From NCBI GenBank assembly GCA_016180765.1, contig JACPAP010000232.1, forward strand, positions 1 to 38,724: 38,724 bases of DNA, written 5' to 3'. The notes under the pieces are model-generated. The model did not search any database, had not been told where the DNA came from, and worked only from the letters and a program-made list of their open reading frames with translations. How positions within the stretch are numbered: the stretch's first letter is position 1; every line of letters begins with the position of its first letter. The stretch is from Gemmatimonadota bacterium. Lineage in GTDB: Bacteria; Gemmatimonadota; Gemmatimonadetes; Gemmatimonadales; GWC2-71-9. Of the stretch, positions 16,663 through 23,801 are shown in pieces. Both the position numbers and the translations under genes were made by a program.

Positions 16663-16971
16663 CTAGCGAGACTTCCGATGGGCCTGCACGTAGGCCCGGA
16701 GCACGGCGTTCATCCGGGTCTGGTAGCCGGGGCCCAGCCGCTTAAACCAGTCCAAGACTTCGCGGTCCAGGCGGATGGACACGGCGACCTTGGGCTCCGG
16801 CAGCACGATGCGGGCCTGCTTGAACCACTCCGCGTCCAACAACGGCGCCGCGTCCGGATCTTCGGCCACGGCCTTGGCGATGTCTTCGTCGGTGAGCGCG
16901 TCAACCCGGGCCCAATCGGTCTTCCCCTTGCGATCCCGGCGGGAACGCCTGACGATACGTCGCTCGTTCAC
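16663..16971 (-). CDS. brnA: BrnA-family antitoxin
   Basis: TDWARVDALTDEDIAKAVAEDPDAAP...VSIRLDREVLDWFKRLGPGYQTRMNAVLRAYV is the BrnA signature. Confidence 0.8.
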   Translation of the reverse strand: MNERRIVRRSRRDRKGKTDWARVDALTDEDIAKAVAEDPDAAPLLDAEWFKQARIVLPEPKVAVSIRLDREVLDWFKRLGPGYQTRMNAVLRAYVQAHRKSR

Positions 16972-17215
16972 GTCTGCTCGCCCTCCGCGCTGAAATGATT
17001 CGCCGGTTCCGGCCTCGCGGCGGGTAAACTACAGCGGTCACTCTCTCATCCGCGATTCCGATCGCGAGGAACCGGACCTCCCCGGACGGCTTCTGTGGGA
17101 CCGCCGGTTCCAGAACGGGACCGTCGAACACGCCAATGGCGTCGTCGAAGTCGATCCCGTGCTTAGCGAGATTCGCCGCGTTCTTCTGTGGGTCCCACTC
17201 GAAACCACGGAACAT
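16901..17215 (-). CDS. brnT: BrnT-family (DUF497) toxin
   Basis: The internal ATG at 17215 gives MFRGFEWDPQKNAANLAKHGIDFDDAIGVF...RIISARRASRRERATY. The 3' tail overlaps brnA by 71 nt, which is longer than usual. Confidence 0.8.
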   Translation of the reverse strand: MFRGFEWDPQKNAANLAKHGIDFDDAIGVFDGPVLEPAVPQKPSGEVRFLAIGIADERVTAVVYPPRGRNRRIISARRASRRERATYRQAFPPGSQGEDRLGPG

Positions 17216-17219
17216 GAAT

Positions 17220-17232
17220 ATACGATTCGTAT
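17220..17232. promoter_or_regulatory. palindrome ATACGA-T-TCGTAT immediately upstream of brnT start
   Basis: Read directly from the sequence. It lies 5-17 nt upstream of ATG 17215 on the minus strand. It is a plausible BrnA operator. Confidence 0.35.
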
Positions 17233-17445
17233 GTACAGAACGCCAGTGCCAGCCCGGGTGCGGCCTACGATCGCGCCTCCACGTTTCACCGGTATCACCG
17301 AAGTGATGCGCGACGGTTCCGGATATTGCGGGACTCCTATCACTAGTCGTCGTCCTCCCACGGCCGCCGGTCTGCCTCCTCCTTCTGGCGACGGGCCCGG
17401 CGGAACGCGCCGGCCGCCCCACCGCCGGGTCAAGAGGCGCGGCTC

Positions 17446-17462
17446 GCGTTTTTCTGCCTATG
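17446..17462. repeat. 17-nt direct repeat copy 2 (GCGTTTTTCTGCCTATG)
   Basis: It is identical to 2985-3001 and lies 51 nt upstream of ATG 17513. Confidence 0.85.
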
Positions 17463-17512
17463 CACTTCCAGCGGTCTCCCTTACGTTCGCTCGTTTCCTG
17501 GTGGAGCCACCA

Positions 17513-17962
17513 ATGAACACCCTCCGTTGGGACATCGGGCGCGCGGGCCGGGCCTGGACCGGGACGGAATCTCATGAGCGCGCCAATCGCCGCCCGGAGA
17601 AGCTGGAGATGTTCGAGGGGAAGCTGCTGTTGACCGACGAGGACCGGCTCAATCTGCTGGGGATGCTGCTGGAGAATGTCGGCGCCGATCAGGCGGTCCG
17701 CTTGGGCGATCCCAAAGTGTGGATCGATGCGGCGGAGACACTCAGGCCCGCCTGGGCTCGGCGCTCGTTCTTGGGCGACCGGTTCAACCGCTGGATGCTG
17801 ATGCTATGGTGCGTGAATCTTGTCGTCATCGCGGGCGTGGTGTTCATCGCCGTGCGCCGCCCCGAATTGCCACCACTGTCTCCTTCCGGGGAAGCCCTGC
17901 TCTTGTGCGCTCTCGTGGCCCTATGGACCTCGCTCGCGGTGAACGCGTTCCTCAAGCTGTGA
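17513..17962 (+). CDS. hypothetical protein with two C-terminal TM helices
   Basis: GGTGGAG lies 6 nt upstream of ATG 17513. The part of the track ORF upstream of this ATG looks non-coding. The C-terminus has WMLMLWCVNLVVIAGVVFIAV and ALLLCALVALWTSLAVNAFL. Confidence 0.5.
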   Translation: MNTLRWDIGRAGRAWTGTESHERANRRPEKLEMFEGKLLLTDEDRLNLLGMLLENVGADQAVRLGDPKVWIDAAETLRPAWARRSFLGDRFNRWMLMLWCVNLVVIAGVVFIAVRRPELPPLSPSGEALLLCALVALWTSLAVNAFLKL

Positions 17963-18005
17963 CCGAGTCGGAGCTGGTCCCACCGTCTAGAACTGTGTAG
18001 CTTAT

Positions 18006-18023
18006 TGTGTGATAGTACACACA
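18006..18023. promoter_or_regulatory. inverted repeat TGTGTG-ATAGTA-CACACA upstream of vapB
   Basis: Read directly from the sequence. It lies 16 nt upstream of ATG 18039 and is a plausible VapB operator. Confidence 0.3.
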
Positions 18024-18038
18024 TCCGGAGCATCCTCG

Positions 18039-18239
18039 ATGGCCACCAACCTCGCGATCGATCCCGCGTTGATTGACCGGGCCCTGGCGGTGAGCGGTGA
18101 GAAGTCCAAGAAGGCGGCGGTGACCAAGGCCTTGGAGGAGTTCATCGCCCGCCGAGAGCAGCGGCGGCTGCTCGAGCTATTCGGCAGGGTGGATTGGAAC
18201 CCGGACTACGATTACAAGGCCCAGCGGTCCCGCCGGTGA
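18039..18239 (+). CDS. vapB: VapB-type antitoxin (DUF2191-like)
   Basis: MATNLAIDPALIDRALAVSGEKSKKAAVTKALEEFIARREQRRLLELFG is the characteristic pattern. The internal ATG has CCGGAG 8 nt upstream. Confidence 0.75.
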   Translation: MATNLAIDPALIDRALAVSGEKSKKAAVTKALEEFIARREQRRLLELFGRVDWNPDYDYKAQRSRR

Positions 18240-18640
18240 ATCTGTTCGTGGACACCAGCGTCTGGTCGCTTGCTCTGCGACGCGACTCGCCGCCCTTGGC
18301 GCCCCACGTCGCGTTCGTCCGGAACGCGCTGGGGGCGGGTGACGCGGTGTTCACCACCGGTCTCGTCCTGCAAGAGCTGCTTCAAGGCGTCTCGGGACCC
18401 AAATTCCGTGAGGCCATCGTGCAGCGGTTCGCGGCCCTCCCGTTCCTGGTGCCTGAACGCGAGGATCACGTCAGGGCTGCCACCGTCCACACGGCGTGCA
18501 GACACAAGGGGATCCAGGTCACGACCATAGATACATTGCTGGCGGCGCTCTGCATCCGGCATGGTCTGACTATGTTGTCCACGGACCAGGACTTGGCGCA
18601 CATCGCCCGCATCGAGCCACTCAAGGTCTGGAAGCCGTGA
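18236..18640 (+). CDS. vapC: VapC PIN-domain ribonuclease toxin
   Basis: The GTG start overlaps the vapB stop as GTGA. The acidic PIN residues are in FVDTSVW, LQELLQG, TTIDTLLAA and STDQDL. Confidence 0.8.
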   Translation: MNLFVDTSVWSLALRRDSPPLAPHVAFVRNALGAGDAVFTTGLVLQELLQGVSGPKFREAIVQRFAALPFLVPEREDHVRAATVHTACRHKGIQVTTIDTLLAALCIRHGLTMLSTDQDLAHIARIEPLKVWKP

Positions 18641-18712
18641 GATCTGGATGCGTGAAGCGCGGCAGCCACTGGCTGCCGCGCTTCGTGATGCGGGGAGGAG
18701 CGAGCCCGGAAC

Positions 18713-21505
18713 CTACTGTGCCGCCACGCCCCGAATCTGCGTGGTACCCGCCAGGTAGATCCCGTTGAACAAGAACTTGAACGTCCCGTGCGGCTGGCCG
18801 CGGTTGGTGACCTCCGGGCCCAACAGATACAGCTGGCCCCGGCCCACCTTCGCCTCGGCCATCGCCACGCCACCTGCCAGATACTGCTGGCCCCAGGCCC
18901 AGCCGCTCCGGAGCGGCGCGTCACTGTCGAACCACGCTACCTGGTTCACGCCCTGCGCCATGGCGTCCGGCGACAGCTTCATTACCGGACTCTGGTCGAA
19001 GAACACGTCCACCCGCTCCGGCATCCCGTACGCGATGGGCCGAGTGTTATCCACCCGCACCTCCAGCACCGAGCCCGGCACGTAGAACTTGTCCTCCGGG
19101 AGCGGCTTTCCCGAGGCGTCCACCAGCTGGTTTCCGATGGGGAGGCCGGCATGTGCGCCCATGGCGATGGAGCTGCCGATGGCGATGATGGTGCCGCCGT
19201 CGGCCAGGAACTGCTTGAGTTGCGGCACCGTCTTGGCCACGGTCACGTGGCCCAGCCACCCGCGGAACTCCGGTGGAATGCTGGCGGCGTCAGGCTGCTG
19301 GCTCTCGCCACCACCGCCGGCGCGATCGGCCTCCGGAATCGCCTCGGTAGGGAAGATGAGCACGTCGTATTTCTTGGCGAGCTGACCAGCGTCGAGTGCC
19401 TGCGGCCAGAGGCGCTCGAAGGGGAACTCGTAGCGCTCCAGCAGCCAGCGGATCCAGCCCGACGGCATGGAGCCGCCATAGCGATCCCACAACGCCACCC
19501 GCACCGGTCGTATTCGCAGCGCGCCCACCTCCGGCCCCTTGGCCACGCCATCGAACCAAATCCCTAGCTCGGTGGCGAGCTGGTGGAGCACGGGCACCAG
19601 GCCCGACTTGGCCGGGATATAGACCGTGCCGGCCGGATAGGTCGTCCCGTTGGCCTGGAACGGCTCAGTGAGCCACTGCACCTCGTACTTCCTGGCCATC
19701 AGGCGATTGGTGGCCACGAAGCCGTCGTTGTACCCGTGGCTGAGCAGGAAGCCCTGGGCGCCCTGCACGCCGGCCACCATTCCCGCCGGCGGCTTCTGCA
19801 ACCCGGTGGTCTTGACGAACGGGCCGTCGAACCCGTCCAGGATGCGGTCGAACCTGACACCCATCTGATACGCCAGCGTGTAGCCCGCGTTGTCGTACGG
19901 CGGAATGGGCGGGCCGCCCTCGTAGGTGAAGTCGTTGGGATAATCCTGCGGCTCGAACATGTCCACCACGTGCGGCCGGAAGGCCTGCGCCGTCTTCACC
20001 ACGTACGAGTTCTCCGGGTACTGCTTGCCGCCCACCGTGAACGAGCTGGTGGCCTGGAGAATGGTGACGCCGTTCTTGACCAGCGTGTTCACGAACTTGA
20101 CCGCGGTGGGGAAGTCCGGTTGGTCCGACCGAATGATGTAGCCCCTGGGATCCCGGTTGGCGGGATCGCGCAGCATCTGGAAATACTTGGCCGGCACCTC
20201 GCGGCCGAAGCCGGGGAAACGCTCCGCGCCCAACCGCACCGCGGGATCCTTCGCCACCGCCGCCTTGACCGCGTCGATCAGCCGGGGGTGAACCGTCCAG
20301 GTGTCCCGGCTGCCGCGCTCGATGGAGCGCTTGCCCATGAGATACACGTTGTAGAGCAGCTTCGCCCGGTTGCGGGAGGCGTAGTCCAGCACCGCGCGGT
20401 TGGCGGTGATGGAGTAGTCAATGGACTGCCGGAAATGCCAGTTCTGCGTGGGCTCCACCGGCCACAGCAGGTCGCCGCTGGGTAGTTGGCGCTCGGGATA
20501 GAAGGGGATGGTCATGGGCGTGGGGCTCCCCTTGGTCTCCGTGAGCAGGCCGATCATGTTGTGGAAGTACGCGGTGGTCCTCAAGCCCCCGTTCCACCAG
20601 GTCTGGTAGCTGGCCCCTTTGCGCATGGTGGCGCCGGGCTTCGCTTCCGCGATGAAGCGCTCGTGCATCGCGGCGCCCACCCCGTCAATCTCCGCCATCA
20701 GGAGCGGGTCCAGATTGTAGTTGAACGGATCGCGGAACGGCGGCGCGAACAGGATCACGCCTTGCGGTCCGGTCTGATGGTGGTTGTAGAGGATCTGGGG
20801 CGACCACTCCAGGTAGAGCACCCGCGCCATGTTCTCGGTCTCGGGCTGGTTGACCATGTAGAAGTCGCGGTTGTTGTCGTGCCCGATGTACTTCTGGTAG
20901 AGGCGCGGAAGGCCTTCCATGGATCGCTTGAGCGGGTCGGCCTCGCGCATGTACCAGCCGGAGACCAGCTCCATGCCGTCCGGGTTGGCCTGCACCGCCA
21001 GCAAGACCACGTCGTTCAGGAAGCGCAGGGTCTCGGGGTCGGTGCGGCTCGCCATCTGATAGACCGTTTCCATCAGCTGGTGGGCGCCGAGCACTTCGGT
21101 GCCGTGGAGGCCGCCGTCAATCCAGACCACGGCTTTGCCCTCGTGCGCGAGTGCCGTGGCCTGGTCGTCCGTCAGTCCCTCGGCCAGCGCCAGGCGGCGG
21201 GAGATGTCCCGGTAGCGCGCCAGCCCGGCGTGGTTCTCGGGCGACGTGATGATGGCCATGAGCTGCGGCCGCCCCTCGGCGCTCTTCCCGATCTCCTGCA
21301 CCACCAGACGGTCCGACTCGGCGTCGAGCTTGCGCCAGTAGTCCGCCAGCTGGGTGTAGCTGGCGAGGAAATAGTCGTCGCCGATGTTGGAGCCGAACTG
21401 CTCTTTGGGGGTGGTGATGCGGGTCTGGGCCGCGGCGGGAACCGCGATGCCAACCGCCGCCATGAGGGCCAGCCCCATGACGCGGCCGCGACTGATGAGA
21501 ACCAT
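18713..21505 (-). CDS. large secreted M14-family zinc carboxypeptidase-like protein (paralog 1)
   Basis: ATG 21505 has AAAGGAGG 8 nt upstream, and the signal peptide ends AAAQT. Motifs are GGLHGTEVLG (HxxE), NPDG, YIGHDNNRD and NHHQTGP. Confidence 0.8.
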   Translation of the reverse strand: MVLISRGRVMGLALMAAVGIAVPAAAQTRITTPKEQFGSNIGDDYFLASYTQLADYWRKLDAESDRLVVQEIGKSAEGRPQLMAIITSPENHAGLARYRDISRRLALAEGLTDDQATALAHEGKAVVWIDGGLHGTEVLGAHQLMETVYQMASRTDPETLRFLNDVVLLAVQANPDGMELVSGWYMREADPLKRSMEGLPRLYQKYIGHDNNRDFYMVNQPETENMARVLYLEWSPQILYNHHQTGPQGVILFAPPFRDPFNYNLDPLLMAEIDGVGAAMHERFIAEAKPGATMRKGASYQTWWNGGLRTTAYFHNMIGLLTETKGSPTPMTIPFYPERQLPSGDLLWPVEPTQNWHFRQSIDYSITANRAVLDYASRNRAKLLYNVYLMGKRSIERGSRDTWTVHPRLIDAVKAAVAKDPAVRLGAERFPGFGREVPAKYFQMLRDPANRDPRGYIIRSDQPDFPTAVKFVNTLVKNGVTILQATSSFTVGGKQYPENSYVVKTAQAFRPHVVDMFEPQDYPNDFTYEGGPPIPPYDNAGYTLAYQMGVRFDRILDGFDGPFVKTTGLQKPPAGMVAGVQGAQGFLLSHGYNDGFVATNRLMARKYEVQWLTEPFQANGTTYPAGTVYIPAKSGLVPVLHQLATELGIWFDGVAKGPEVGALRIRPVRVALWDRYGGSMPSGWIRWLLERYEFPFERLWPQALDAGQLAKKYDVLIFPTEAIPEADRAGGGGESQQPDAASIPPEFRGWLGHVTVAKTVPQLKQFLADGGTIIAIGSSIAMGAHAGLPIGNQLVDASGKPLPEDKFYVPGSVLEVRVDNTRPIAYGMPERVDVFFDQSPVMKLSPDAMAQGVNQVAWFDSDAPLRSGWAWGQQYLAGGVAMAEAKVGRGQLYLLGPEVTNRGQPHGTFKFLFNGIYLAGTTQIRGVAAQ

Positions 21506-21648
21506 CGGTACCCCTCCTTTCAAAGAAGGTCCGGTTCGGGGAGGGGTTCACTAGGATAGGCCCCGGTACGGGGGAACGCCAGAAGCGCGCGTTGCGCCGG
21601 CGCTGGTGGGCGTGCATAATCGCCCGCGTCCGTCTTCCAGGCAGCGCC

Positions 21649-22818
21649 ATGCGTTGGACGCTCTGGGCCGTTCTCGTCACGCAAGTCGCCACGCCGGCTC
21701 TGGCGCAGCAATCCCAGACCGGCCTTGGCTGGTCCGCTCTTCCGGCGCTGAACTATGACTCCGACCAGGGGTTCGGCTACGGTGTCACCGGCGGGCTGTA
21801 CCAGTACGGCGACGGGAGCCAGCCGCCGTATCTCTGGGCCTTCGAGCCCATCGTCTTCTTCACCACGCGCGGCCGGCGCTCGGTCACGGTGTTCTACGAC
21901 GCCCCGCGACAATTCGGTGAGGCGGTGCGGCTCACGGTGCGGGCCTACGTGGACCGCGACTGCTGCCAGCCGTACTTCGGCCTGGGGAACGCGTCGGCCT
22001 ACGACGCGGCCCTGACCACGCGCCCGTCGCTGCCCGACTATTACACCTACCGAAGGAACCGCGCGGTGGCGGTGGTGGATCTTCAGTGGCGGGTGCTGCC
22101 ACGGGTGCGCCTGCTCACCGGCGTGGCGGTGAACCGCAACGCCACCGCCGCCCGGGATCCCAGCACCCAGTTCGCGGTGGACCTCGGCAACGGCACCATC
22201 CCTTCCGGCGAGGACGCGTCCACGTCACTCGGCCCCAAGGTCGGACTGGTGTATGACACCCGCGACCTGGAGCGTGACCCGCGGCGCGGCATGTGGCTCG
22301 AGGGCATCGCCTGGCAGGGCGTGGTGCTGCCCGGCGGCGACGACTTCACCCGCTGGACCGGCACGCTCCGCGGCTACCTGAGTCTGGATCCGTCGCTCAC
22401 CGTCGCGGCCCGCGTGTTCGGCGAGCACATCGAGGGCGCGATGCCCGTCGCGATGCTGTCGGACCTGGGCTCGTCGTTCCAGGACTTCGGCGGGCTGGGC
22501 GGCGCGGAGTCGGTGCGCGGGGTGTTGTGGCAGCGGTTCCTGGGGCGGACCAGGGCGTTGAGCAACCTGGAGGTCCGCTGGCGGGGTCCGGGCTTCCGCT
22601 TCCTGGGCGCGCCGTGGCAGCTCGGTGCGGTGGGCTTCGTGGACGCCGGGCGCGTGTGGGACGATCGTGGGGCGGGCGACGGTGCGGCCGGGCTGCACTG
22701 GGGGAAGGGCGGGGGGCTTCGCGTGGCGTGGGGTCAGTCGTTCATCATCGCGGCCGATTTTGGCCACGGCCGCGAAGCCGGGCTCCAGACCTACCTCAAG
22801 CTCGGCCACATGTTCTAG
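21649..22818 (+). CDS. Omp85/surface-antigen (D15)-type outer-membrane beta-barrel, no obvious POTRA
   Basis: The signal peptide is MRWTLWAVLVTQVATPALAQQ. The body has alternating beta-strand-like patterns and aromatic girdle residues. The C-terminus ends YLKLGHMF, the terminal-Phe beta-signal. Confidence 0.65.
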   Translation: MRWTLWAVLVTQVATPALAQQSQTGLGWSALPALNYDSDQGFGYGVTGGLYQYGDGSQPPYLWAFEPIVFFTTRGRRSVTVFYDAPRQFGEAVRLTVRAYVDRDCCQPYFGLGNASAYDAALTTRPSLPDYYTYRRNRAVAVVDLQWRVLPRVRLLTGVAVNRNATAARDPSTQFAVDLGNGTIPSGEDASTSLGPKVGLVYDTRDLERDPRRGMWLEGIAWQGVVLPGGDDFTRWTGTLRGYLSLDPSLTVAARVFGEHIEGAMPVAMLSDLGSSFQDFGGLGGAESVRGVLWQRFLGRTRALSNLEVRWRGPGFRFLGAPWQLGAVGFVDAGRVWDDRGAGDGAAGLHWGKGGGLRVAWGQSFIIAADFGHGREAGLQTYLKLGHMF

Positions 22819-23105
22819 GCGGCCAGCCCCGCCGACCCGCGGCTCTGAATCGCTAGACGCTCCTCCACCTTTCTTCGCCCTCTGCGGTGATCTGTTGCTC
22901 GCGGGCGCTCGAATGGGTAATGAAGGGAGGCCCCTGGGATCTGGCCCCGGCTTCCGCCCAGAACCTGAGTTGCCGCGAGCGGATTCAGCGAGAATTGCGG
23001 GTTGGACCCCAGCGTCGCGCCGCAGGCCTGTTTGGCCATGGCGGGGTACAGGGAGGGGTCAAGCGGGCATCCAAGAGGCGCCCGTGGCCCCTTCTCCAGA
23101 CCAAA

Positions 23106-23143
23106 TGTCCCCAAAACGCAGGTCGGGTGTCCCAAGAACGCAG
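23106..23143. promoter_or_regulatory. two 16-nt direct repeats (TGTCCCCAAAACGCAG / TGTCCCAAGAACGCAG), 22 nt centre to centre
   Basis: Read directly from the sequence. They lie 53-90 nt upstream of the first gene of the patatin/CHAT cluster, inside a 377-nt intergenic region. Confidence 0.3.
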
Positions 23144-23195
23144 TAGCGGGCGCGGGCGGATTCGCCAGATTAGAAGCACCCCTACCGGAGCCCTC

Positions 23196-23729
23196 ATGCA
23201 GGCGGGGAGCAGCCCCTCCGGCTCGCACCGCATTGGCCGGGTCGTCGCGTACACCACCATCGTGGTGCTCGCGGCGGCGGTGGCTTTCGTCTGGCTGTTG
23301 CTCTCCCTTCCCGCGGCGCACCCCGCCGCCGGCGAGGTCAGTCCTGACGATCTCGCCCTGCGCGCCCTGTTCGCCCGCACCACGGCCGTGATGTTCGTGG
23401 CCGGGGTGATGGGCGCGTGCCTCTACAACTTCCGGGGTCTCTCCAAACACTCCGCTTCGGGCGACTACCACGTGAACTACGATCTGTCGTACTTCCTGCG
23501 CCCCCTGGCCGGCGGGATCAGCGGGCTGATCGTGTTCTTCCTGCTGTTGGGCGGCGCGATGACGCTGAACGTCGGCACGCAGGAGGGGAACCTGGCGTGG
23601 GCCACGCTGCTGGGCCGGATGCCGTACATCGCGTTCTCGTTGCTGGCCGGGTACGGGTCGCACGAGTTCATGCTCAAGCTCAAGGACCTGGCGGACTCGT
23701 TGTTTGCGTTGAAAGACAAGGAGGAGTGA
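23196..23729 (+). CDS. small 4-TM membrane protein
   Basis: The internal ATG 23196 has CCGGAG 5 nt upstream. There are four hydrophobic helices: VVAYTTIVVLAAAVAFVWLLL, TAVMFVAGVMGACLY, LAGGISGLIVFFLLLGGAM and MPYIAFSLLAGYG. It ends in a charged tail, LKDLADSLFALKDKEE. Confidence 0.55.
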   Translation: MQAGSSPSGSHRIGRVVAYTTIVVLAAAVAFVWLLLSLPAAHPAAGEVSPDDLALRALFARTTAVMFVAGVMGACLYNFRGLSKHSASGDYHVNYDLSYFLRPLAGGISGLIVFFLLLGGAMTLNVGTQEGNLAWATLLGRMPYIAFSLLAGYGSHEFMLKLKDLADSLFALKDKEE

Positions 23730-23801
23730 GTCACGTCTGATCCCTCCATCCGCCAGCTCACGCCCGTCGAGGACGCCGAGAATCCCGAGTATCCGGCGGC
23801 C

